Shown: piece by piece, positions 12,180 to 24,183 of the stretch
Numbering within the stretch: the stretch's first letter is position 1
Layout of the letters: every line of letters begins with the position of its first letter
NCBI GenBank assembly: GCA_003971905.1
Contig: RSEE01000041.1
Coordinates: forward strand, 186,001 to 250,000
DNA: 64,000 bases
Direction: 5' to 3'
Source: Moniliella sp. 'wahieum'
Taxonomy: Eukaryota
Program-made: the position numbers and the translations under genes
The notes under the pieces: generated by a model
Databases searched by the model: none
The model's input: the letters and a program-made list of their open reading frames with translations, nothing else
Told to the model about the DNA's origin: nothing

Positions 12180-14458
12180 TCAATGGCAGGCAGACTGGGG
12201 GATGAAGAGATGTGTTGCAGGAGAGGCCCTACGACGAGGGGGGGATACCACCTGGTGTTTACAAGCGCGCCTTGAACACGCGGGGAGGACGGGATCGGTA
12301 ACCTCGCCAAGAAGGTGGCGGCGGAGATAAGGGTTGACAAAAACCTGGTCAGGATCGGCCTCTTGACGGACCCGAAGCCAATCGCCCAGGTGGGGATAGA
12401 GGTGTGCCAACTCCGACGGGGAAAGGGGGTGTTGTTTGGCCCAATGAGGCCGGCCAGCATAGTGCCGCATCAGAGCGTCAAACTTGGCAAAGGCGGTACG
12501 GTAGGGTACATTGGCTCCGTAGGGGCGGTAGAGCACAACGCCAATGTAAGTTGTTGTTCGTCCGTAGGCCATCGAAAGCCAAACGCCATCGGCCGCGGTC
12601 ACCCGGATCTCGACAGGCCAGTGCAGGCGTGCGCCATACGGCGAGGCATGCTCAACCGTGAGCCAGTCCCGCATCGCCCGTAGGGCCGCAGCAGTGTGTT
12701 CGTACGGAATGGCCCACTCTGACGTGTACTGGGCAAAGAGACAGTCCATGTTGAAGATGCGGTAACTAATGTCGGTTGTGGAGGTGGTAGGGTGAGAAGG
12801 ATGAAGGGGCAACAGGGGATCCAGTTGCTCTCGTGGCGTGAGCCACCCAGGTACACCCTCCGTCTTGGAAGCGCCGGCCAAAGCTGGGATCACCGCACCA
12901 TGGAAAGGGGAATAGGCTTCGGTCTGGAGGGCAGCCGTGACAGCAGTTCCAACAGGACGAGCAAACGAAGCCATATCTTCGTCCGTCCCCTTGTCTCGGT
13001 TCGAAGGGGGCGGCGGTAGCTGGGTAGCCGCCTCGACCCGAGCGAAGGTCAACTCAGTGTCGAGGGACTGAGGGGCGTCCTTAGGAATGCGCTTGTGGGT
13101 GAGCCAGTACCAAAGTTTGACCGCCGTCAGGGGAAGTTTGCGGTGGAAGCGGGAGATGTAAAGGATGGCTTCGGTCAGGGTATGGTCGACTGCCTTACCA
13201 TACAGGCGAGAGAGGAATGTGGGGGACTCGGGTGCCTGGACAGTACGATCGGCGCGAAGTACACTCACTGTGCCCACTTGTGGGTACCAGAAAAGACGAG
13301 GATGTTGAGTGCAGTTGGTCAGCTCTTCAAACCGCTTTTGAGCTCGAACCGTCTCCTCATCCACAATTTCCTGTGTGCTTCCTTCCTTAGCAGAGGCAGG
13401 CGGTTGTTGTTCCTCGGCAGGAACAAAGGGGAAGACATAGTCGGGCCCTTGCTGTGCTCCGTACCTTCAACCGCAGGGGGATCATCGAGTATCGGCAACC
13501 GTTTCCCCGCAGCGAGGAGCGAACCTATCGAAGCGCCCTTCTCCCCCGCCTCCTGGACAGCAGGAAAGCCAGTAGGCTTGCCAAATAGGGCATCAAAGTA
13601 GACTTCCTCCGCAATCTGGTGCAGCTGAAACGCTGGCTCCGCCGCCACTTTGACATGGGTGATCAACCCGGTAGCACCCAAGCCGCATAGGGAAGCATTG
13701 AAAAGCTCGGGGTGATCCGTGCGGGAGCACTGCACCAACTGCGTTCCCCCCTGCGCGGGTGAGCGAGGCACAACCAAGGTAAGTTCCAGCACATAGGCAG
13801 CGACAGCGGAAAGTGCAGGCCCGAACCATGGGTACCCGTCGAGATCAGACCGCCAATGGTCTGGTCAGAGATGGAACCCAACGAACTCAGCGCGAGCGGA
13901 GCCGGGCCAGCGGTAGTGAGGTACTGGTGCACGTCATGCAGCTGCGTGCCCGACAGAACTTCGATGCTGGGCGGACCAGGGTGGGCGCGCCTAGCCTGCT
14001 CCCGCCGAGCCGGAGGGGGCGAGGGTGGAGTGAGGGTCAGAGGCATTGACAGATACCAGGCCCACGAGCCGGTCCATCCGCACGAGCCAGCCATCGCGTG
14101 TGCGGCGCACCGCGGGGCGGAGCAATGGGCGCAGCGGCTGGTGGCGGCGCAGGCTCCCGCTCGTTCTGCCCAGTCAGCATGATGTCGCTGGGGGAGTGGG
14201 CGCTGCCGACGGCGCGCAGCTCCACATCCGCCCTCCGAGCCAGCTCGACGAGCGCCAGGCATTGGGCCACCGACGTCGGGGAGAAGACACGCGCTCCGCG
14301 GGCCGCAAAGGTGCCGCCCCAGTTGGTCACGTGCGTGCGGGCACTGCCGGCAGCCTCCTCGATGGCGCCACCGCGGCCTCCAGCGCGTCGGACGCGGCCG
14401 GAGTCAGGGCGCTGGGTTCACCAGATGCCCACAGGGGTAGCACAGGGGCGGTGCTCAT
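12180..14458 (-). CDS. ALO1: D-arabinono-1,4-lactone oxidase / L-gulonolactone oxidase family FAD oxidoreductase
   Basis: TNWGGTF, RAVGSAHSPSDI (covalent FAD His), LGSISDQTIGGLISTGTHGSG, FNASLCGLGATGLI, FNMDCLFAQYTSEWAIP, HWPVEIR, GRPHWAK. Confidence 0.9.
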
Positions 14459-14794
14459 GGGCGGCTGGGGTGGTGGTAGTGGTGGTGAAGGAAAGGCTGG
14501 CGGCGGCGAGGCTGCGGTCGGATGCGATCGATGCTGGATGGGATGGATGATGGATGATGCATGATATGCCGATGATGCCATCTTCTTGCCCCGAGGCTGC
14601 ATTTGAAATGTACAAATCCAGGCACATGCGGATCTGTTTCCACAGCAAGCGCCTCTCGGATCTGATTCGTCCGGGGTACCAAGCAACTAGCCGCTAATCA
14701 CGTAGCTACTTCTGCGATCCTCGGTCTGGCCGCAGCAACTACTCCCCCGCCGCCGTGGCACGACCCACCTCGGGGCCCACGGTGCTGGCCAGCT

Positions 14795-17700
14795 TCATGC
14801 TTCCTCCATTGCCCCCCCATCACGCCCCCTTCTCAACAGGCATGCTGACCCCCACTTGGTCGCCGCGCCTTGAATCGACGCCGTTCCAGTCGGGCCGGGA
14901 CGGGTGGGCCGCGGCGGTCTGGGCCAGTCGTTGCGCATCAACATGTGCCGCAGCTGCATGCGGAACTGCACCAGACACGCATCGGCCTGCCCGCCCGTTT
15001 CCGCCCCGCCAGCCCGCACGGGAAGGGGGGGTTCGGCTGTTGTCAGAGCATCCAGACCGGCCGAGATGAGTTCAACAAGGCTGTTGAGGAACCGCGGTTG
15101 GATCGCTCCACCCCAACCTCAAAGTAGTACAGGTACTGGTCCAGTGCTGAGCAGAAGATCTCAACGGTGGAACGCTCGTCGATGCAGCTGTTGGCGATTC
15201 GCAGTGCTTTCTGCAGGCACTCCAGCACCCGCTTTCCATCCCGCATCAGCCTTGGCTTCGACGATGAGGAAGCGAGGATTGTATCCTTGCCTTCCTTTGC
15301 CTTTGTCGGAGGCGCCTCTGGATGGGGCTGGACCCAGTCGTGGGTTCGGGAGGCAGCGGGAGCGCGACGTTGCTCCGCCTGGGGGGTCGGTCTGCCACCA
15401 CATGTGAGAAGCCATGAGCACGGCCGTGGCCTGATGAGGCTTCTTGAGCAGTTTGGCACCATGCAGAGTGGCCTTGGTAATCAGCCGGTCGTAGTTCTCC
15501 TCCCCAAAGCCGGGTGGTCTGAAGGGTGGAGATGATCAAGCCGATGGCTTGGAGCTGAGCACGCGACTCACTGATCGACTCTTCGTACACCGCAAACGCC
15601 TGCACAAAGAAATCATACGCTTGTTCTTGAAACCCACACTGGTCGGCACTCTGCGCCGCAAGGAGGTAGAGTCGAAGCGAAAGGTCCGCGACGCTGCTGC
15701 TCTCAATGCGGGTGTAAAGCAAATCCACAACTTGGTGCATAAACTTGTACAGCGTCTCCATCTTGCGCACCCAAGCCGTATGGCTCGGTACATCTTGGCT
15801 CTCCTCTTCCTTGGCTTTGGCCTCGTTGCGCGCATCTTCTTCCAGCGCCACATTCTCCTCCAACTTGAACCGCTTAGAGAGCTCGACAGCCGAAAAGACG
15901 AGCACGGGGAAGGTGTACCGGATACGGTCCCCCCCTTGAACAAAATGAGCTCGGGCCGACTGGAGCAGAGCAAATTGGGTATCCACTGCTCGGCTTTGAA
16001 TTGGTGGATCAGACGAGCAAGCCCCTTGCTCTTTTTGCACCTGCGCTTCAGCGGGAGGGAGTTGCCCCTCGTACCCACCCCCTTGGTGCGGGCAGCAAAG
16101 GAGCGATCGAATGGAACTGTCGGTGCGTCCTTTTGTGGTACAACCAACGTGCTGCACAAGTCCAGAATCCCGTCCACATCCTCCGATGTCGTGAGTTGGG
16201 TTCGTTCTTGAGTGTGGACCAGACAATGGCTTGGGAAATCTGCTTCCGTATGCCGTACTGCTGAGCATCGAGGAGAGCTTGTAGTTTGGCAAGGCCAACA
16301 GTGTCAGGGTAGACGGGTATGCCTCCAAGGGCAAGCCGAGCAGTTTGCTTAGGTTGCCTGTGTCTCCTCAGCAAGGAGGAAAGGGTCACAGCTTGGGCAT
16401 GCCGCTCCAGCTGGGCGCCGGCAAAGCGCAAGACCTGATCCACATACTCGATGCGGTCCGGGTAACAGGCCAAGCTCAACTGCAGCAGAGAGACCAGAAG
16501 AGCAGTGATGTCGGGCAAGAGGTCGGGGCGGGCCTGAATCAGATCAACAACTTGGGCCCAGAACACCTCGAACAGAGGCACATTGACCTACGCCGCGGAA
16601 GGTCTCGACGTGCTCGTCTACCTCGTCCAGCTGCTCCACGGTCGGCGCACGCAGGGGTAGAAGGTACGCCCGCTATGGAGCTCGATGCCGTAAAGTCGGC
16701 ATGCATCTCTGATCTGCTCCGAAACGGTCGACTGAGAGCGCTGATGGCCATTGCCCGCCATCGGTGTCGAGGGAGGATCCGAGCTCGCGCTGGCCCGCTG
16801 TTTCCCCCCCTCGCCCTCAGGCGGAATGGCACCATAGCCGAGTGGACAGGTGCGTCCCATGCATTCTCTTCTTCGTACCCGCCACCATGTGTAGCAATGT
16901 TGGGCCGAGCTGAGCCGTACTTGGTGGGAAGGGACGGGGCAGTTTGCTCCGCTTGGGAGTACGGGGGAGCGGTACCCATAATTGTTTTCATCGCTGAGTT
17001 GATTTGGCCATCGCGAGAGTACGTATCTTCTTGGCGAACTTGCTCCCAAGCCGAGGGAGAAGGAGGTCGACCCTGTCGTGCCTCAAGGCGCAACTTGCGC
17101 GTCTTCTCTGTCAAACGGACCTTGGCCAATTCGTTCTGCCTCTGAACCTCTTCCGCATCCCCATTCTCTGCCTCCCGCTGTGCGTACGCAGCAATGCGGT
17201 TGATCAGAGCAATAACAATGTTCTTGATGTTGACCTTGGGATGCAACTGGAGCAAGCTTGGAGAAAGGGGCCTAGGGTGTAAATGTGGAAATTGTCGGGG
17301 AAGACCTGGATGACCACCTCCATCAGGTATTCTTGTGCGATCACGTCCTTACAATTGATCACCTGTTCCAGAATCGAAGGGAGGATGACGCGGCGATACA
17401 GCTCGAGGTCTACTCCATCAAGTTCCGAAAGGCGTACCAAATTGGTCCCAATCAGGATGCGCAGTTCTCTCCGCTCATTCTCCCGTTTTCCCGCTCGCGC
17501 GAAGGTCCCTGGTGCTGCAATCGGACCCAGAGCTTGTTCATCTCAATAAAGTTGGTCAGCACAAATCCGATCGAGTCTTGAAGGTTTCCCTCGGGGCCAA
17601 GACTGCTGCCTGTGGGTAGATGGTCGCGAGTAACACCAGAGAGGTAGTTGCGGAGGAACAGGCACGGGTGGGGTGCTGCACACCGCGGCTCATCTCCATC

Positions 17701-18154
17701 ATGTCCCGCATAACCTCCTTGATGGGCGCATCGTCTATGGACATGTAGACGCTTCCAACAGTGATCATGAGGTAGAGGCGGGGGACCACATTGCCGCAAT
17801 ACTGCACCAGTTCGTAGAGGTCGGCCAAGTGGTGGCGGCCCTCGAGGTGGGCATCCAGCAAGTAGGCGGACAGGTGGCGCAGAGCGTCAAACACGGGCAC
17901 ATCTGTCAGAGGCATGTCGGGTCAGGCGGGGCTGAAGCGGGCGAGGGGCAGGGCGCGGGGGAGAAGCACACACAGAGATCGTAGTAGGCCTTGGGCGACA
18001 GGGCCGAGGTGCGGAGCTCGGCAAGCATGGCGCTGGCAGCCTTGAGGGCGTCCATGACCTGGTCTGCATCGAGGCAGTGCATCATCTGGTTGAGCTGCAC
18101 GCGGATCGCATGGTTCGCCTCGGCTATGACCTTGGCCTGCGCGGCGTCGTCCAT
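14795..18154 (-). CDS. VPS35: Retromer cargo-selective subunit Vps35
   Basis: [53 protein letters not shown] (PRLYL motif), [57 protein letters not shown]. The 3' end is approximate. Confidence 0.96.
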
Positions 18155-18880
18155 GGCCGGAGGGGGGGGGGCGGGGCGGGAGGGGCCGGGCGGGCAGAGG
18201 GTGGTGGGGGTGGTGGGAGCACCGACCTGGCAAGCCGCCGCCCCGCCTGATTATCGGCGCCTGGGCTGGGACAGGCCGGGGCCCACGTGGAGCTCGCTGC
18301 CCCCGTGCCCACGCTGCCGAAGCTGAGGTCAGCAGGTTGCCGCGCGCGCATTTTGCTACGCTTTGCTACGCTTCGATGGAAAGCCCAACCAGGAATAGAG
18401 GGTGTGTCCATCCTATCTCTGCTACCCAAAAGGGAGACAGGGTATTGGCGAGGGTACGTTCATGGATCCTCTGCCGCTCGCCTGTAGTGTGGAGGATGGT
18501 GGGGCGTCACGCACATGCGCATCATGCTGTTCCTGTGCATCTGTTGCTTGCCGCACACCACACCACGCACACCGCTCCAGGGCCAATACAATATTTTCTC
18601 TTTCATTGTTTGGTAGTGGATAGCCCTCACTACAAAAGCATCAATTGGATCTTCCACGATCTCTGTAGAAGAGAAGACCAGCTGATCATAGAAATGAAAT
18701 TAGGGTAGGGATGGCAGGCATCAAAAAAGGAAAGAGAGCATCTCAGGAGGAAGGATGAACACAGTAAAAGAAGAGAGCCCACTGATTCCATAAAGCAGGG
18801 GCTCTCCAATGAAAGAAACAAAGCAAGTATTTTAGCCGTCGAGAAACCGCGAGAAAAAAGAAAAATCAGCAGCATATTTT

Positions 18881-19989
18881 TCATGCCTGCCCTTCCAGCA
18901 ATCCGTTCCAGAAGGACACGCGATTGTCGTAAAAGAAGGGCAACCGGAGCACAAGCGCAATCACCGCCACATAGAGTGAGGATACGCCAGGAGACACAGT
19001 GGCAATGTATTGTCGTTTAAGTAGTTTTGAGTCCCGTTCGAGATGGGCAAGGACTGGTCCATCCCCGTGCGTTCGTAGGATGTACCCACTCCTTGTCGGA
19101 AGAGCGATCCAGGTGCGCCCGGGCGCATTGCCCATGGGGAAGTGGATCAGCGCAGTTGTCCCGTGGGAAGCTGTATAGGAGAGGGCGGTAAGATGAAAAA
19201 GACGCTCGCAGGGTTGCTCGGGAGAGTAGGCGATAAAATCGACCCCCTCGTGGGACTTGATTGCAGAATTAGAAGAGCTTGCCTTATTTGGGGGTCACGA
19301 AGGATGGAGTGGACATAGGACAAGCGGTAGGTGTGGGTCCCTCTGGGCATAGGTAAGACGGTGCCTTCCTCGTAAAGGAAAAGAGGTTCCGAGCTAGATA
19401 CGTCCTATACACCCACACATATATAGTCAGCATTCTGGCTGATGCATCAACAAGCGCGAAAGCAGGAGATCAACGAAAAAAACGACGTACCGTGATGCGG
19501 ACATGTTGCCCATTGAGGTGAGACGCGACGTGAAACGACGTCTCATGCGGAAAAGATACCGGGGGGGTCGATGAGAGTACGCTGGCAAGTCTTCTTGGTC
19601 ACCTTTAATAGGTATCTCCTCCGTATCCATCCAATCTAGTTCGGAAGAAGAGCCAACTGCTCCAGGAAGCCCACTGATTTGGTAGGAGGGCGATGTGTGG
19701 GTGTCGCTCGAAGCTTCCATTACCAATGGTACGCCTCCACCAGCATTGCTTTGTCCTTGGGCTCGGTACTTGGAATGGGGATGGCAGATGAACGCTCATC
19801 GCCAGGGAAGGTTGTTAGGGTAGTACCAATCGTCTGAACCGACTCGGAATAGCTTGTGGTCGCTCGGGTGAGCACGCTTGGAGGCGAGATGATGCTGCTG
19901 GATTCGGCATACTGTGGTATCGACAGTGATGAGCGTGCATAGTAGACCGAAGAGGTTGCGACGTTTGGTGGGGGCGTGGGCAGGACCAT
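18881..19989 (-). CDS. Hypothetical protein, possibly with a LURP-one/Tubby-C-like C-terminus
   Basis: Ser/Thr/Pro-rich N-terminus (MVLPTPPPN...) and PY-like motifs (LPAY, PPRY). The C-terminal 'QYIATVSPGVSSLYVAVIALVL' resembles the end of LURP-one-like domains. Fragmented. Confidence 0.3.
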
Positions 19990-21202
19990 GTTGATCGTAG
20001 CGACTGGTGAGAGGTCGATTGAGTTGGGAGGAATGATGAGGGCAAAGTAGGACGGAGGCTGGCTGTTGGTGAGTTGCGGGAAGAACACAGGATTATACAG
20101 GTGGGTTTGTGCTGCGGAGGAAGCCCCTTGCAGGGGGCAGTATGTCTCTACGTATATATACGGTTCGGCAGCGTCCGTTGTTGGGCAAGATGGGCAGAGT
20201 GAGGTGGTGCCGCGCGTCCCCATTAGCCCCGAGACTGAGTACTGCGGATGACGCGTCCTAGAGCACTTTAAGTAGACGCGTATAACAAAAGCTCTAACAA
20301 GGCACTCGCCGTGTACACACGTACACCCAAGCCGAGGCACTGGGTGAGTGTAGTATGACCGGGGGGCAGCCCGCAGGCGTCGAAGCGAGTGAAGCGCCAG
20401 AGCAGCCTCCAAACCACCGCGAGTCCGTCGGCGCATATGGCCGCGGAAAACCAACTGGCGTGTGCTGCGGCTTGTTGTCCCTGCCAGGTGAAGCGGGAGT
20501 CACGTGCCACCATATAGCCGCGGCGACTAGGCCAGAATATGACCGCTATGACTACGTTTGGCTACGACAAGCCATTCGGCATGATCCCAACCGAGTCATG
20601 CACACACCGATGCGCACCAGAAGGACGAGAAAGCGGGCACAAAACACTCTCTGTAGGAATTCACACTGAAAATGGGCTTCTCTCTGGAATCGTGCGAAGT
20701 CAATCGACCAAGAATCACTCACTATTCAGGTACCGTGCGTCACGCGTCGCGGTTGGCAGGGAGGGGAAGATGGAGGAGAGAGGTGGTCGAGTCATCCAAG
20801 TCAGGACGTGCAAGACATGTGTGTTCCTTTTGCATGTCAATAAAGATAGAAGATCCGGGCACCATGTTGAATGAAACCTCTCACTTTTTTGCCTTTGATC
20901 CGGAGAGGCTATATGAATATGACGAAGAGGAGGAGGAAAGGAATGAGAGGCTGGAGTTAACACGGCGTTTGCTGTATGGTGGTCTCGACGACCTCATCAG
21001 CCAATATGGCGTCATCAATTGTTCGGATCTCAGGTTCAGATCAAATTGGGATTGCATCAGTGGTATGAAGGAACAGAGAAGAAGTCAGGGCGGTGCGTGG
21101 ACAACAAAACATGTGTAGGGAGGGTACCAAAACGGGCCGCCCGGCTACCAACATAAATGCTTGGGAGTCGAGGCCCGATCGTAGTATGCAGAAGAGGAAT
21201 TG

Positions 21203-22848
21203 TCATCGGCGGAGGTATCGCAAGGCCAACAAGAACCCGCCATAGGCAATGCAGAGCATGCACGACAAGATGCCAAAAAACCAGTACAGACTATCGTGTT
21301 CGTCGACTTGGCCTGGAACCTGTCAATCCAGTCACACTGGTCAGTCTCTTTGATCTTCGTCCCTCGTCATCATCCAGTAGGGTGAGATCTGAGAAGGGAT
21401 CCAAGGGGGGCAACGTACTTTGACGTTCATGCCCCACATGCCGGTGATATAAGTTGAGGGGTACGATGACTGTACCCAATGCAGTGAGCTTGGAGAGCAC
21501 ATCGTTGATCTGGTTGTTGGCATCCGTCATTTCAATGGAAATTTGAGCCAGGTAGTTGGAGTGAGCGCGAGATAAAATCTTTTCGTGGTGGTTCAGGTTC
21601 TGGGTCATGGTGATGAGATGGTCTTGGATGTCGGACAGGTACAGTCCAATCTCTGTCTTGGGCGTGACTGAACCCTCTGCCTCGGAGCAGCGCTTGGCCA
21701 GACCCTTGACTACATCGGCCTTGCTACCCAACAGACGGAGCAGACCCATCACCTTCTTGCGCGAGCTACCAATCCGGCGCAGCATATCGCTTTGTTCCGC
21801 CTCCTTGAGAATGAGCACCGCATCGTCAATCGCATCCACTTCGTACTCAATCCCCTGGATCAGGGGACCAAACGCGTCGGTAATGTCGTCCATGAGCGCA
21901 TAAGAAATCCAATCGGACGTTACCTCCAAATAATCTTTCAGCTGTTCAATCCGCTTTCGTACGTGGCGTGGATGCCGGGTGGGGCGAAAGTGAAACGAAA
22001 GCGTGCCGCGGCGAAAGACGACAATGTACATGTTGAGCGGTTGGAGGTAGGTGGGGCTAAAGGGGTCTTGGTCAAAGGACCGGAACGAAACAAGGTAATA
22101 GTGGCGAAACAGCTCAATCTTTTCCCGCGTTTCTTCCGTTAGAATGTCCTCGGTAGTCACGGGTGCAAGCCAAACCTTTTGACAACACCTTCATCTCCTC
22201 GGGCGTGGGACTGAGAATATCCAGCCACCAGGTCCCTCCTGAGGGGGGAGTAGCAGCGGCACCCCGGCTTACGGAGGAGGTGGTTGAAGAGGACGTGCCC
22301 ATTGACCCGCACTTGCTTTCGGGCGCTGCAGGGAGATCAGGGGTAGGTGATGAGCCATGGAGGAGCTGTTCAAACGTTTGCCCTTCCAAGGGCAGATCCG
22401 AGAGGTGATGCGCACGAATCGTGTGTCCCAAGGCGAGGGTGTAGAGAGAAACGAAAGTTGCCTTGATCTTTTGCTTGGGGGGGGGGTGTCCTCCTTGCCC
22501 TGGCCATCTCTCTTTGACCCAATCGCTCCGTACCCGTCGTACCCGTACCCGTACCCATTCTGAGGTGTGGGTTGCTCGGCGAGGTGGGGCACAGGGGGTA
22601 TCCGGGGTGGCATGCTCCAAGCGTGGTGTCCCGGGCTGTTGGGCGTGTGTGACAGGCGGGTGGGGAAGCGCGCGCTCGGAATGGACAAACTCATCCAGGA
22701 GCGAGAAGTTGAAGGGATTGCTCGGTGGTGGGGCAACCAACTTGCCGGCCGGGCAAATGGCAAGGATGGGGGGAGGATGGGCAGCACATACGAGGGGAGG
22801 CAATCTTGCTCGTGGCCGGAGGAGGGCTGTGCTCAACAAGCCAGCCAT
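21203..22848 (-). CDS. CorA-family Mg2+ transporter (Alr1/Mnr2-like)
   Basis: WWLDILSPT, LTTEDI...REKIELFRHYY, DWISYALMDDITDAF, EKILSRAHSNYLAQI and the GMWGMNVKV signature. The last exon VPGQ...YWFFGILSCM...RR* ends at 21203. The start is uncertain. Confidence 0.93.
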
Positions 22849-24183
22849 GGTCCGGATCGGGCATGGTGGTGGAAGGTTAGGCAGGCAAGCCTGATCTGGT
22901 GCTGAGGGTACTCCGATGAGACGGAGTGGAGAGGGCGTCAGCAGGAGGTCGGGCTATGCAAAACGGCGCCACCTGTGTGCGGTGTGGCTGCGCTGGTGGC
23001 AGGCGGTAGGGCCGAGCGGTTGCGGCGTTCGCCGCTCGGTACGTACCAAATCGATACTCGATTCTCGATTTCCCAGCACGGGGGGGGGGGCTTGGCGCCG
23101 CTCACAACCACAACCACTCCTCGGATGGGCACCCGCACCTCAGCGTATACTCAGTACTCACCACAGGCACGCGTTTCGTGCTGCAGTCACACGTTTGGCC
23201 CTCAAGACGATGGCCGTGGACGCAACGGAGGTGGGGGAGGCGGGTCGATAGCAAGGCGGCGGAAGAGAATGGGGCCTAAGATTTAAGAGGAAAGCAGGTG
23301 CAGCCTTTGCATCAACCTGCCGAGACGGGGCGCCCCGCAGGATGAGATATAGCTTTCTCTCACACACGCCATGCGTTCCTGCCCCGGAATAGGAGATCGC
23401 TCGATTGCACCTCCCCCCCCAAAGCTCTACTAACCGGACAACGCCTTTCGGGCAGGCAGTCCCCCTAATTAACAGCACGTGTCGGTGGTCGTGTGCGCAC
23501 AGCTTAATATTGCACGCGCTGAGGGCTCAGATGGTGCGATTGGCCATTTGATTGGCTGCCCAATGGCTAGTGGCTAGTGGCTAGTGGCGATTGATATTGA
23601 CTGGTGGCAGTGCTGCCCCTGTCACAACAACACACATCATGCATCGTACATCATCCATCATCCATCATCCATCATGCACATCTACCCCGAGCCAGCCGAG
23701 ACCAACCAAGTTCTTGCGTAGACACCACAATGTCCGTCCGAGCTCTGCGTCCAAGCCAGGCCCAGTGCGAGTACTGATAAACAATACCGAGCACTGAGCC
23801 CACGCTGAGCGCTGGCTCGATGACGCGATGACGCCCGTCTGATCAACACGGGGCAAAGCGGCCCATCGACCCCATCGCCCAGAGTACTGAGTACTGAGTC
23901 TACTGTACTGCATCCCATCCACCCCCGCAGTTTCATGTGACAAGGAAGATTGGCCCGCCGAATCTGACACGGCAAGCCGCCATGGACGACGGCCATGGAG
24001 GGATGGAGGCAACGCCGCGTTTCACCGCCATGCCATCTTCTTGTGTCCCTACTCGGCTCCTGGAAGTGTGATATTAACGCAAGGAACGGAACCACCTTGT
24101 GGTCCAAACCGCGTCTCCCCCTCAGGCTCCTCAGCCTCACTGCCGTTCGCTCACGTCCCCTTGAACGATCGTGGCGACCATGC

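Noticed and set aside
5132..18154. Possible metabolic or redox gene cluster (flavodoxin-like protein, ARG1, lactone oxidase, Zn2Cys6 factor)
   Set aside because: No backbone biosynthetic enzyme or shared pathway, and the genes are interspersed with housekeeping genes such as VPS35.
20355..21118. Small plus-strand ORFs (20672-21118 and others) as a gene
   Set aside because: No recognisable domain or confident exon structure, so it cannot be supported.
23400..23415. U1 snRNA, suggested by the ATTGCAC loop
   Set aside because: No ATACTTACC 5' end and no Sm site at the expected spacing.
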